From Azolla caroliniana (Eukaryota; Plantae; Polypodiophyta), in the NCBI GenBank assembly GCA_043228905.1, contig JBHGNT010000003.1:16616001-16680000 (forward strand): DNA of 64,000 bases. The letters run 5' to 3'. Position 1 is the first letter of the stretch. Each line of letters opens with the position of its first letter. The notes below the pieces were generated by a model. It was not told the origin of the DNA. It worked only from the letters and a program-made list of their open reading frames with translations, and did no database searches. Of this stretch, positions 12,648 to 26,206 are shown in pieces. A program made the position numbers and the translations under genes.

Positions 12648-15600
12648 TTCACTCCGGCATGGGATGTCTTACTAGTCCGATCCGCTTCCGACATGCATCC
12701 AGCTTGTCGGGTATCAGTACTTTGGTAAGCATATCTGATATCTGACCTGTTCTCGGCCGTGTGGATCTTCGTCAGCGCGAACTCTTGGTCATCTACTCTT
12801 TCCCGGATCTAGTGATACCTTCGTTGGATATGCTTCGTCCGGGAATGGTAAGCTGCATTCTTAGCAAGGTGGATGGCACTTTGACTGTCGCAATAGAGCC
12901 GGTATTCATCTTGCCAGATACTGAGCTCTCCGATGAAGTCCTTCATCCATAGTATTTCCTTGTCGGCTTCCACAACCGCCATGTACTCCGCCTCCGTGGT
13001 TGACAACGCAACCTTCTTCTGCAGCCTCGACTGCCACGAAACAACTCCCCCTGCATAGGTCATTACATACCCGGATGTAGACCGGCTGGTATCCACATCA
13101 GCCGACATGTCCGAATCGGTGAAATCGTCAAGTTGAGGTTTACAGGAGCCGAATCAGAGACACATATTTGAAGTTCCCTTCAAGTATCGGAGTATCCATT
13201 TGACCGTGTTCCAATGCTCCTTGCCGGGATTGCTCATGAACTGGCTCACCACTCTGACTGCGTATCCAATATCCGGTCAAGTACACACCATTGTGTACAT
13301 TAAGCTCCCGACAGTAGAGGCATATGGAACCTTCATCATATCTGCCTTCTCAGCTTTCGTCTTCGGGCTTTGCTTACCGGATAACCTGCAGTTTACCGGA
13401 AGTGTCGATCTGACCGGTTTTGCATCTGACATGTTGAACCGCTGAAGCACCTTTGTCACGTACTTCTCTTGTGACAGCCACAATTGCTTCATTGACCGGT
13501 CCCGGATAATATGCATCCCCAGCATCTGTCTTGCCGGACCCAAGTCTTTCATTGAGAAGGTCCGGTTGAGGGCCTTCTTCAGCATCCGTATTTTGGCTTG
13601 GTCCCGTCCGACGATCAACATGTTGTCCACGTACAGAAGGAGTATCTGGAAGTTGCCTCCTTCGAACTTCTTCACAAACACACAGTGATCGGCCTGCATC
13701 TTGTGGTACCCTTGATCGGCCATGAAGGAGTCGAACTTCCGGTACCATTGTCGGGGAGCCTGCTTCAGTCCGTACAGGCTCTTCTTCAATCGGCAAACCA
13801 GGCGCTCCTTCCCTTTCTCCACGAATCCTTCCGGTTGCTGCATGTAGATCTCCTCTTCGAGGTCACAGTGAAGGAATGTTGTCTTCACGTCCAGCTGCTC
13901 TACCTCGACGTCCATGCTTGCCGTTATACTCAACACCGTCCGGATGGAGGTCATCTTTACTACCGGGGCAAATATCTCGTCGAAGTCCACGCCCTTCTTT
14001 TGTTGGAACCCCTTGACCACGATCCTAGCTTTGTATCTCGGGGATTGCCGGCATCTCCCGGTTTCAACTTGTACACGCACTTGTTTCGGAGTGCCCTCTT
14101 TCCTTTTGGCAACTCCACCAATTCATACGTATGGTTCTCATGCAGGGAGTCCATCTCATCCTGCATGGCACTTAACCATTTGCGGCTATGGGCGTCACTT
14201 TTAGCTTCCTCGAAGCTTTCTGGCTCCCCCTCATCGGTCACCAGCACATGCTCTGCATCCGGAAATCTCTGGGGGGCCCCTCTCTCTCTGAGAGGATATC
14301 TCCGCCTTTGGGCTTCGGTAACCGGCTCGTCCATTTGCTCTTCATCCAAATCCGATTCGGGGTCTTGGCCGGTTCCGGTTTCAGCTTCCTCTACTTCTTC
14401 TTCTGCCGGTTCGGTATCCTCACCGTAACTGGCTGGTTCCTCGAGTGCTAACCGGTCTCTTGCCGGTTGGGTCTGCTCATCGGAGAATCGATCCTTACCG
14501 GTCGACTCGGAGTTCATTATCTTCTTCTCCGACTCCCAGTCGGCGAGCGTCTTGTCCTCCATGAAGATAATATCTCGACTCCGGAATACCTTCTTGTCGA
14601 CCAGGTCCCACACTCGGTAGCCGAACTCATCGTCGCCTCAACCGAGGAATATGCATGGCCGGGTCTTTGGATCCAACTTTCCTCTTCGGTCCTTAGCAAC
14701 ATGCACGTACGCAAGACACCCGAATACTTTCAGATGACGGTAAGCCACTTCCTTACCGGTCCAAACTCTCTGTGGCGTGTCTCCGTCCAAGGGTACTGAG
14801 GGTGATCTGTTTATCACATATGTCGCCGTCGACAGTGCCTCAACCCAAAACTTCTTGGGTAGTTTTGCATGCGCCAACATACTCCAGACCCTTTCCATTA
14901 TGGTCCGGTTCATCCTCTCGGCCAGCCCGTTTAGTTCCGGCGTCTTCGGCACGGTAAATTCGAGCCGGATTCCCTTCGAGCGACAGTACTCTTCGAACTG
15001 CCCCTGACATTCACCTCCGTTATCTGCTCGAACCGCCTTCAACTTCCGATCGGTTTCTCTTTCCACTCTCGCGTGGAGCTCTTTGAAGACGGACAACACT
15101 TGATCCTTCGTCTTCAACGGTGTGGCCCACAGCTTCCGGCTGTGGTTATCTATGAACGTCACGAAGTACTGCGATCCGGCAGGTGACTTCGTGTCCACTT
15201 GACATACATCAGTATGCACCAACTCCAGTGATGCATTACGTCTCATCGGTGGCCTCGATCGGAAGGAGGTCCGGTTTTGTTTACCGGCCAGACAATCAGA
15301 GCACTTCTCCAAGTGCACGTTCTTCACTGGAATGAGGTTGTCATCTGCAAGCCTCTTCATCCCGTTCTCCCTCATGTGACACAGCCTTTTGTGCCACAAC
15401 TCACCGGCAGTGTCGGATGCCACGTTCACTTCCTCCGGACATAACCGGGCATTCATCAGGTACAACGTGTTGACCTTCCGGGCCCGAGCCACAATCAGGC
15501 TCCCTTTGCTGAACTTAATAACACCGTTCCGGATGCTATCCGTGTAGCCTTCATCATCTAGCCGATCGACTGATATCAGGTTCAGACGAACCTCCGGAAC

Positions 15601-16677
15601 GTGTTGGACATCCTTCAGCAGCAGCTTGCATCCGGTTGGTGTTGTCAGCCACATGTCTCCTATGCCGACAATTCGGCATGTACCTTCATTCTCCATCCGG
15701 ACACAGCCTTGATCACCGGCTGAGTAGGATGAGAAGCATTTCCGGTCCGGGGTAAGGTGGAACGACGCTCCGGAGTCGACCACCCAGGTCATCTCGTCGT
15801 CGGCAAGGTTTATCTCACTCTCCTCGGTGATGAGCATAAACTCTTCTTCACTTGCCGTGATTGCCGTCGTTCCCTTCCGGTTCGTTCCCCTCCGATCTTT
15901 ACCGTTCAGATCCGGTGTCCGCTTCGAATCGATACCGTCGGTTTCCTTGTCTTTTCGGAAATGCCGATAGTTCTTCTGGAAGTGTCCTGGCTTGCCGCAA
16001 TAGAAGCAAGTAGGCCTCCCCCTTGACTTTGACCATGTCCCCGACTTCTCCCGGTTCTGGGGACTACGGTTCCGTTGTCTTCCGCGTTTCGATTCGGTAA
16101 GGAGCGCTTTGGAGTCAGAGCTCGTATCCTTATCTTTCCGACGCACCTCCTCATCTAGCAAGCTCGACTTCACTCTTGGTACGGATAATTGTTTCCCTTC
16201 CGGCCCAACGTTGCCCAAAGTGACAACCAATGTCTCCCAGCTATCCGAGAGGGAATCGAGCAGAAGTAGCGCTAGTACCTCATCGGCGAGAGGTACTTCC
16301 AATGATGTTTCCTGGTGTATCAGCCCCTGGAAGGCATTCATGTGCTCCGCCATGGTGGAACCATCTTGGTACCGGAGTCTTACTAGCTTCCGGAATACCA
16401 AAACCTGGTTAACAACATTTTTGTTCCGAAACATAATGTCGATCTTTTGCCAGAGCTCATGAGCCTTGCTCTCTTCATTGAAGTTGTTGTACAGGCTCAT
16501 GTCGATGAAGCACCGTATGTAAGCCGTTGTCTTCATGTGCATCACCTCCCATATCGTGGCGTCGATTTTGTCCGGTCTCTTGTCCCCGACCTGAACCGGC
16601 AACCAAAGATCTTTAACCACGAGCATGTCCCTCATCTTCGACTTCCACACGGAGTTGGAGCCGGTGAGCTTGAACAT
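12648..16677 (-). pseudogene. Copia F gag-pol polyprotein with a few frameshifts and stops
   Basis: ORF 14638-16794 (gag, CFYCGKPGH, WVVDSGASFH, LWHKRL, HTDV, DNGGE, NGLAER); 13960-14613; 13277-14080 (RT: QLDVKT, LYGLKQAPRQW, LYVDN); 12809-13108 (RNase H). Confidence 0.93.
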
Positions 16678-18695
16678 GCCGCCCAACGATTCGATACCAC
16701 TTTGATAGGAACTACACGGTCCCAATGAACAACGCTCGGCCACAACTGAGCTTAGGATCAAACACAGAAAACAGGGAATGAAAGCATGACACAATGGAGA
16801 GAGGAGTACACAGGATGTTTACGTGGAAAACCCAAACACGGGAAAAACCACGGCAGTCCACTGACTGCTAACTATCACTATGTAACGATGTACAATAGAT
16901 GAACACAGAGGCAACGACCTCTTGTTCACTGTCTTCGTGACAGGCGGCGGTTACAACAGAGATACGAACTGTTCGTCTCTTTCTCTCTCTCTCTCTGTAC
17001 ACTGTTTCGCTCTAATCTTGCACCCACAAGAATGACAACACACTTTACTACTAAGTTTGCCCTAAGTCATATTTATACTAATATGACTTTTTAGCTATTT
17101 ACAAATATAGCCCCGATGGACTCTCAGAAAACATATTTACGAATAAGTTTCATTCATTCGGTGAGCACTTCTCACCGGGTCTTCACCATCCGGCTCTTGC
17201 CGGGTACTCCTCATCCGGTTCTCACCGGGTCTTCCGTAGTCGGGTACTCCTCATCCGGTTCTCACCGGGTCTTCCGTAGCTGGGTACTCCTCATCCGATT
17301 CTCACCGGGTCTTCCGTAGCCGGGTACTCCTCACTTCCCATCCGGAGGGACCAGTTTCCTAATAGCTTGGACATGGATACTAGAGTTATGTTGAAGGAAC
17401 GAATGAAGTAGCGTCGGAGCCGGCACACAAGGACATCCCGTCATTGGAGCCAGGAACGAGCAGAGTGTTGTAATGCCTCGTATCCAATGTGCATGACCAG
17501 ATGCTCGGCTACATCAGGGATGCAAAAACGCCAAAAGAAGCTTGGGAGAATCTGAAAATGATTTTCACGACAATCACGACGGCTCTAAAGTTGGAGCCCT
17601 GACAAGAGCTACACAACATTCGACAAAGAGACATGTTGGTTACCGAATATACCACTAAGATAAAGGAGATTTACAACGCATTAGGGTACATCAACGTGAC
17701 GGTGGAAGAAGACGAGATGATCCAGATCTGCCTCGGTGGTCTAGCACAATAGTATGGGCCAATCTGGATAGCGATATGCTCCCGGGAGAAGCCACCGTCC
17801 TTGTTTGACTTGCAATCAATGTTGATGGTCGAAGAACTCCACGCGAATGGGTCGAGGACCACGCAACTGGACAACCGGATGTTGTACACGAAGGTGGATC
17901 GGCCGGGAAGAGCAGAACCAAAGGCAGAAAGATAGTGCCAACAACAGTTCCGGAACCTCCACAAGCAAGGGGAGTTAAGGTGATGCCGATAACAGGCAAT
18001 CTAAAGCCAACACGGAATGTTGGTATTGTGGCAAGAAAGGCCATCGGGAGAGCGAGTGCTGGAAGAAGTGCGTCGATGCGGATAAATCTGGATTCGGTAA
18101 GGCCGGACAAGGAAATCGGCAAAGCTCGCTCTACGCAGAAGGATCAGAAGGATCCAGAACCAGAAAAATTGGAAAAGGGCTAGCCATTGACATTAAGCAC
18201 AAGGCAAACTCGATGAAGAAGACCACTTCCGGATCGAAGGAAGTGTGGTACATTGACTCCGGAGCATCAAACCCCATGACGAGCCACGAAGAGTGGTTCT
18301 CATATCTGGAAAAACCGGAGCAACCAGGAGTTGTCCAAACCGGAGACGACACCCCTCACTCGATCGAGCTATCACAGACACACCAACCCTAGACTACACC
18401 ATAGCACAAATGACGAGGGTATGATTGATAAGGTTATGAACATGGAACTAAATGTGATGAGGCTAGAAACTTGGGAAGTATGGAGTGACGAGATGAGGAA
18501 CTTAAGACGTTAGGAACAATAAAAGAGCATAAAGACAAATATGTAAATGAAGGAGAGAAGATGGGGTTAAAGAAGAATACTAGATTGATGTGTCAATGAC
18601 TGGCGTTGAATCCCTTGAAAGGAGTTAAGAAGGTTACAAGTATTTATACTGCGAGTTGAAGTATATGCATTAGAATATTCTCAAGAATATTTGGG

Positions 18696-18731
18696 AGAAT
18701 ATTCTAGAACCCTATAGTTCTAGAACTTTCT
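18696..18731. promoter_or_regulatory. Heat-shock elements in U3 of the B LTR
   Basis: aGAAtaTTCtaGAAc and gTTCtaGAActTTCt, upstream of the minus-strand TATAAATA (~18641-18648). Confidence 0.65.
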
Positions 18732-19024
18732 AAAAATTCCTACAACTTCCAATAGATAATCTAGTAATAATATACTAAGATATACATAACATGACTATGT
18801 ATTTAGATGTGTTGATTAGAACATAACACTTTACTATATACAAGAGGTGAAGAGTTCGAATCTTGACATGACTGTTGTCATGTCCATGACGTTATCCTCC
18901 CCTTTACGACTGCCTTTTCGGAAGCGTGGCAGTCATGTCCGTGACAATGTCCTCCCCTTTACGGTCGCCTTTTCGGAAGCGTGGTGTAGGGAAGAGCTTA
19001 AAGAGAAAACCAAAGTAGGTTGAG

Positions 19025-19490
19025 GAGTGGCTGACCATGTGTGGTCCTCACCGGAGACACGAACAACAACGGGCATGAGCGACCATGTGTGGTCCTCACT
19101 GGGAACTGGAACACGACCAGGCGTGAGCGACCTTGTGCGGTCCTCACCGGAGACATGAACACCAACAGGGGCGAGCGACCATGTGCGGTCCTCATCGGAG
19201 ACACGAACACCAACGGACGTGGGCAACCATGTGTGGTCCTCACCAACACCAACGGGCATGAGTGACATTGTGTGGTCCTCACCGGAGACTTGGCCACGAT
19301 CGGGCATGAACGACCATGTGCGGTCCTCACCAAGAACTAGGACACCAACGAATGTGAGCGACCATGTGCGGTCCTCACCGGGAACACAAACACCAACGGA
19401 CGTGAGTGACCATGTGCGGTCCTCACCGAAACTGGGACACCAACGGGTATGAGCGACCATGTGCGGTCCTCACCGGAGGCTGGGACACTT
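19025..19490. repeat. 48-bp tandem repeat, about 10 copies
   Basis: Unit GAGCGACCATGTG(T/C)GGTCCTCACCGGAGACACGAACACCAACGGGCAT; core GACCATGTG at 19033, 19081, 19129, 19177 and onward. Confidence 0.95.
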
Positions 19491-19639
19491 GACATTGATG
19501 AAGGCCAGGCAAAGTAGTGTTGATGACGACACCAAGAGGTGTTGATGATGATGATGTCGAAGATAAAGCAATGAAGACAATGAAGTTGAGGAAGCGTTTC
19601 TGGAGGCAATGACTGTGACTATGGCAATGATGGAAACAG

Positions 19640-20040
19640 AGAAATAGATGAAGAGGATAAGAAACACAGCGATCAAGACATTGAGGATAAAAAGAAATAC
19701 AAAGATAGAGATATAAGGGATGATAGAAAACACAGTGACAGGGACGAAGATTATAAGAAATACATAGATAGGGATGATGATGATAAAAAACACATAGATA
19801 GAGATGAAAACGGTAGGAAACACAAGGAGAAGGATGATAATGACAAAAAACATAGAGATAGGGATGTGGAAGATAATAAGAAGCGCAAAAGGTAGGGATG
19901 ATGATGATAAGAAACACAGAGATAGATATGTGGAGGATGAGAAGAAACTAAAAAATAAAGACAATGATGAGGAGAAACTAAAAGACAGAGACAAAGATGA
20001 GAAGAAACTATGAGATAGAGATGGCCAAGAAAATAGGAAA
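19640..20040. repeat. Degenerate 30-33-bp purine-rich repeat
   Basis: GATGATGATAAGAAACACAGAGATAGG-like units; the plus frame reads (DDDKKHRDR)n. Confidence 0.8.
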
Positions 20041-20535
20041 CGAATGGATGTTGATGACGGTAACTCTGGAATCAAGGATGGTGACGATGGTAACTCTAGA
20101 AGCAAGGGCAATGATGAAGACGGGAGATGCTTCTAGTTGGAAGGGATTCAAACTGTCACGGACACACCAACCCTAGACTACCACAAAGCACAAATGACGA
20201 GACTATGATTGATAAGGTTACGAACGTGGAACTAGACGTGATGAGGTTAGAAACTCGGGAAGTTGTGAGCGATGAGATGAGGAAGTTAAGACACTAGGAA
20301 CAATACAAGAGCATAAAGACCAATATGTAAATAAAGGAGAGAAGATGGGGCTAAATAAGAATACTAGATTGAGGTGTCAATGACTGACGTTGAATCCCTT
20401 GAAAGGGACTAAGGAGGTTACAAGTATTTATACTACGGGTTGAAGTATATGCATTAGAATATTCTTGAGAATATTCTAGAAACTCCTACAACTTGAAATA
20501 GATAATCTAGTAATAATATAGTAAGATATACATAA

Positions 20536-21353
20536 TGATAGGGTGTTTAAGACAAAGGGTAATCTTAGACTATATGAAGGCCTGACCAAACTGGTTAGAT
20601 GGAGTTGTGACTCATAATATATTATATAGATCAAGGTATCTATGAATTAGAGAGAGAGAGAGAGACTCAAGAAATTAAGAAAAAAGATAGAGAAGATGAA
20701 AAAGAGATAAGATTGTTATGATATTCCAATATCAAGACAATACAAAGGAGATAAACTCCACATTCAACTAAGAAACCAAAGACCTTCTTACTACCAATCA
20801 CTCAAACCCACAATTAAAACCCTTCCTCTTCCACTAAGATATCTTTTCCTAATCCTCCTCCTCCTCTATTAGGATCCCCTCTTTCTCTATTAGGATCCCC
20901 TCCTTCCACTAAGACCTTCCTTCCTAATCCTACTCCTCTATTAAGATCCCATCTCTATTATATTTTTCTTCTTCTTCCTCGTTCACGCTATTTTTAGAAG
21001 CTTTTTATCTCCTATTTTTAGCTAAGACCCAGCGACCTTCTAATCGTCATATCTCCCTCATCAGAGCTCCAAATTTAATGATTTAAAAATCTATAGATAG
21101 CTGTCTTTACAAGCTTTCTAACCCATTTTTAAACATAATATTTTGGTGAAAAAGGAATGAGTTATGGCCATTCCTTTTTTACTGTTTTTTATGGTCCGCT
21201 TAAATTTCTCTTTTTACTTTTCTCTTGGTCTCTTACTTTTACTTTTGACTTCTTCCTAAGGTCTTGCTTCGTGTTCTTAGCCTCCAAATGTGAGTTATCC
21301 ATACTTTATGTCTTCTAATGTTCAATGGCCTAGATTCTAAAAACACTTTCACA
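20536..21353. mobile_element. 818-bp solo LTR inside the B 5' LTR
   Basis: TG..CA ends with a short inverted repeat; perfect TSD CATAA (20531-35 / 21354-58); absent from the sister LTR. Confidence 0.88.
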
Positions 21354-24300
21354 CATAACATGACTATGTATTTGGATGTGTTGGTAACAATATAACACTT
21401 TACTATATACAAGCGGTGAAGAGTTCAAATCTTGACATGATTGTTGTCATGTCCGTGACACGAGCATGTTGGAGAAGTCCCTTTAAGTCACGTCGGATAA
21501 AAGGGAAAGTTGATGAATGTACTACATGTTCTGAAAATTACGAAGAACTTGGTGTCGGTCAGACATATAGTCAACTAGGGGATGCAAGTACGGTTCACGC
21601 ATCTCAGGTGCTTGAAGAGGGCCAGATCATCGTGCAAGGGGGCCGGGATGGGAGGATGTTTATCCTCAACACCAACGATGTAGGCACCGCTCTATTTGCA
21701 AAAGGACGAAACTTCGAGTCGGACATTCACCTATGGCATAAGCGGATGGGCCACGTCAATTATCAATAAGTTTAGGTCAAAACAAGTTGTGTTCGGACTG
21801 CCAAAGTTTAGTGGCCGGAAGGCCCGAACCTGTGAAGCCTGCCAACTCCGGAAGCAACACCGACTTCCATTCCCCACCGAAAGAAACTAAAGCAATAACA
21901 AGCTCAAATTGATACATTTAGATGTATGGGCAGTGAGACAAAATGTTAGTCTTTGCGGGAATCAGTATTTCGTCTCCTTTATCGACGACTTCTGTTGGCA
22001 CACATGCATCTATTGGATCGAGAAGAAGAGTGAAGTTTTCAATTGTTTCCGGAACTTAAAGAGATTAATTGAACGGGAAAAGGAAAGAAAGATCAAGTGC
22101 CGACAGTTGGATGGCAGAAAAGAGTATATTTCCGATCAATTCAATAGTTATTTGCAGCAGAAGGGAATTCAGAGAGAATTTAGTTGCCGATATACGCCGG
22201 AGAAAAACGGTGTTGCCAAGATAAAAAACTAGTCGATTGTGGAGGCGGCATAGGCGATGCTAGAAGAGAAGAGCATGCCCAAGTTCTACTAGGCCAAAGC
22301 GGTCCGGATGGCAGTGTACAGCCAAAACCGGATCAAGGATAAGGTGTTAGCACATGAGTTGTATTTCGGGTAGAAGCCAAACCTAAGGCACCTTAGGGAG
22401 TGCATGTACCGACTGAGAAGCGAAGAAAGCCGAAGTTGAAGAAGGGCATACTAGTCGGCTACTCAAATGAGAAAAATGGGTATAAGTGTTACAACCCCCG
22501 GACAAAGGAAGTCTGAGAGACCCAAGAAGTCGAATTCGACGAGTCGGCGTCCTAGTATTCTCTACTGACTCTGACTCCCGACCACTCGATTCTGTAAGAT
22601 GATGTGAGTGATCCCAACAAGATCCAAGCAGGACAAGAAGAAGAGTTGGGCACTCTACATGAGAGTCCGATCTCATTCTGGCTGAGCGGACCAAATGAGA
22701 GACTGAGTTGGAACGACCAGTCGAATGAAGAGCCAGCGAGTAGCGGAGACGTGGCCGTGGTCTCCCCATGCAGAGAACCAAAGAGATGGTTCATGTGCAA
22801 AGAGAACGACAAGAAGAAGATGTCGGAATACGACACCGATAGGGATGAGTCGGATCAGAGCGAATATGACTTCGGAAAGAATAAGGATGGACCTTCAGAG
22901 ATGAAGTCCGAGTGGGCCAAGAGGGCCTTAAAATCGGTGAACCAGAAGCTTCCCTGATTTACCCGCCAGAAGAACCTAGTTATGAGATGGCGCAAGAGTA
23001 CATGTCGCATCATTATGCATACATGATGAAAGTGGTGGAAGTGCGTGAGCTAGAGAGCTACGTAGAAGTGAGGAAAGATGTGAACTAGCATGTCATTATG
23101 GAGGAAGAAATGCGGGCACTCGATGCCAACGATACATGGGACCTGGTTGACCCTCCCCAACATTGCAAACCTATCGGCTACAAATGGGTGTACAAGGTAA
23201 AGTATAATGGTGACGGTTCAGTCAACCGGTACAATGCCGGGTTAGTGGCGAAAGGATATGCGCAGACCCACAAAATCGACTACGATGAGACCTTCGCTCC
23301 GGTAGCGAATATGACAACAGTTCGTGTGGTGCTAGAGGTTGCTGCGGCAAAGGGGTGACATCTTCATCAGATGGATGTGAAGAACATGTTTCTTCAAGGT
23401 GATCTTTAAGAGCAGGTCTACATGACTCAACCCCCCATATTTCAATCAGAGATGAACAAGTCGACAGTGTGCTGACTCAAGAAGTCACTTTATAGCCTGA
23501 AGCAAACTGCGCAAGCTTAGAATTCGAAAATCACACACCGGTTGTGTAAGCTAGGGTTTGCAGCCTCGAAGCCTGACTCTTCGTTGTTCATTCAGCAAGG
23601 TCCGGAAGGTCGGATATGTATCCTCTTGTATGTCGACGACCTAGTCATTGAAATCAACCGTGTGAAGTCCTAGTTGTCGGACGCATTCGAAATGAAGGAC
23701 CTCGGGGACCTTCATTATTTTCTTGGGATCGAAGTGATCCATACCTCCGACAACATATTGTTGTCTCAGAGACACTATGTATTGAATATGTTGTTCAAGT
23801 TTGGCATGACTGATTGCAGACCTATGTCCACACCCCTGGACCGGAACTTGAAGCTTCGTCCAAACTCCAGACCGGTTTGCAACAAGACATGGTTCCGAAA
23901 AATTGTCGAAAGCCTCATCTATCTTATTATCACTTGACCCGATATTAGCTATCCGGTCTGGATGATAAGTCAATTTATGTAGAAGTCAACCGTGGAGCAC
24001 CTTCAATGCGCGCACCAAATATTCAGGTATGTCAGCAGCACTAAGGATTGAGCACTATTATACCAACATGGTATAACTGAAAAGCTAGTCAGCTATACCG
24101 ATGCCGACTGGGTTGGTGACACGTCGGATTGTTGGTCCACCTCTAGTTATATGTTCTCTCTTGGGAGCGCGATTGTTGCGTGGAGCAACAAGAAGCAACC
24201 AATTGTGGCTCTGTTGAGCATTGAGGCTAAGTATCGGGGCGCTACCGTGACCACGTGTGAAACCATCTGGCTTCGGCGGTTGTTGCAAAACCTCGGACTC

Positions 24301-26206
24301 CGATCCCGATCTACTACGACAATATGAGTAGCATGCAGCTCGTCAAGAACCTCGTGTTTCATTCTCACACATAGAAGTGCATTATCACTTTGTCCGTGAG
24401 TGGGTCCTGAGCAGTGAAGTCGAACTCCGGTATGTTCGAACGGATCGGCAGGTTGCCGACATCTTCACCAAGCCACTTGGATTAGACAAGTTGCAACATT
24501 TTTCGGAGATTCTTGGGTTACAACATCTCGAGATGCCGCACTGGAGGGGGAGAACCTGAACAGGAAAGGGAAAAACAGGCGAATGCACCGGAAAATCAGC
24601 CGGACAACAGGAGAAGATTGAAACAGGGGGACGCAAGAAGAAAAAGGGAGCCAAGTCGACTGAAGAAGTTGGTACATCCGAACAAGTCGGAAGAAGCGGC
24701 AATGGCGGCAGAGTCAAGAAGGACATAGTGTTGTCCGCCGGAATAGTAACCGATGGACAAGAGCGCAGGAATACGAAATAGTATAATATTGTAACGCATG
24801 TAACGGTTCACGCGGGAAGCGTGAACGACTAAAAGACCCTGCGTATATAAAGGGCAGAAAACCTCTGATAGAGGGAGCGTGTAATTTTGAATGTAAGAGG
24901 CATATCGTAATAGAGTTCTATCTTCTCTAAGATTTGTGTGTAGCTACGACTAATCTACTGTGTGTCTGTAACACCTGAGAGCGTAGGAGTAAGTAACGGT
25001 GTGTGTGTTAGCCCACTGTCAAAAGAGCTCAGTTGTAGCCATCTCCCTTATACGCTGCTAGGTTATGGGGAATATCCCACTAAGTATTACGCACAGACGC
25101 TACCATTCGTGGTCACACAGTCACTTGGAGGTCTAGGTCGAAGGATTGACCGTAGACCGTGTTCCTAGTCGGTAACACTTTTGACACGCTTGGTGATTTG
25201 TGTCTTCTCATAGACGAACAACGACGAATGGATGTTTAGCCGCAGACGCCCGAGAGAACCAACACGACCAGACAAGCCAATCACAAGGTCCATCACATGC
25301 CAGGTAGAGGAACGTGCACGGTAGAAGCCTTGCCTCAGCGACCTCAACACTACCTATCGTGATCATAAAGGTGATTTCCTGCTCTCCAAATACCTCGACG
25401 ATATGCGGGGAGCACGCTCACCACAACAACACTGTGGTCTTTCCCGTCCCGCCATAGCCCCCAACATGGCCTTTACCTATCCCCGCTTTAACGGCGAAAC
25501 CGACGCCGCAACTCACATTCGCCTGTTCCTCAATGTCTGGAATGCAAACCACATGGCGCAAAGCCTTTCTGAGGCGGTAGCGAACCAGTCCAAAATGATG
25601 GAGTTCGGGTTAACATTGGATGGGCGAGCGACGTTTTGGCATTCACAGATGGATCTGCTAGCAATTACGACCTTCGACCAACTGGAGTCCGCCTTTTTGC
25701 GGTTCTTCCATCGAAGGGTTCCACAACGCGAAATCCTCGGACAGTTCTACACAATTAAGCAGCTGCCGACTGAGACGATCGTAGACTTCAACTTACGTTT
25801 CCAAAATTTACAGCCGAAACTAGAACGGGGCCCCACGGAGGGCGAGGCTCGGGAGACATTTCTGGCGGCATTATGCCGACCCATACGGACAACGCTCAAC
25901 AACAATAGCGTGAAAGGGGAGATAGCAGATATGGTCATTGAATGAGCATTACAGCTTGAGCTGGACAATGAAGAGGAAAGGTTTTCTATGTCCTCATTAC
26001 GACAAGCATTACCTTAGGACGAGGAACAACATTTTCGTCAAGCAATCCAATGCACGATTTGCTTGAACTTGGGGCATTCCGCAGTGGAGTGCAACATGCG
26101 AATCCACTGCCCAATCTGTCACTCGAAGGCTCACACAATCAAACAATGTGAATACAATATGCTGAACAGAGCCGCTTCCACAATACGCAGCATGGACACA
26201 CAACGT

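Larger units (their letters stand above)
11977..17364 (-). mobile_element. Young full-length copia F
   Basis: 662-bp LTRs 11977-12638 and 16703-17364 (~13 mismatches by eye); PBS ~16692-16700; PPT 12639-12650; TSD GCTCG/GCTTG inside the E gag. Confidence 0.96.
18370..21460 (-). mobile_element. Non-autonomous LTR retrotransposon B
   Basis: LTRs 18370-18891 and 20154-21460 (the second interrupted); perfect TSD CGAGC; PPT at ~18892-18906; ~1.26-kb interior with no gag/pol motifs. Confidence 0.92.

Noticed and set aside
13598-14428. Long antisense ORFs over copia pol
   Set aside because: Not conserved as open frames in the related G and H copies; codon-bias shadows.
19025-19490. CRISPR-like regularly spaced repeat
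   Set aside because: The 'spacers' are diverged copies of each other, there are no cas genes and the context is eukaryotic; it is a 48-bp tandem repeat.
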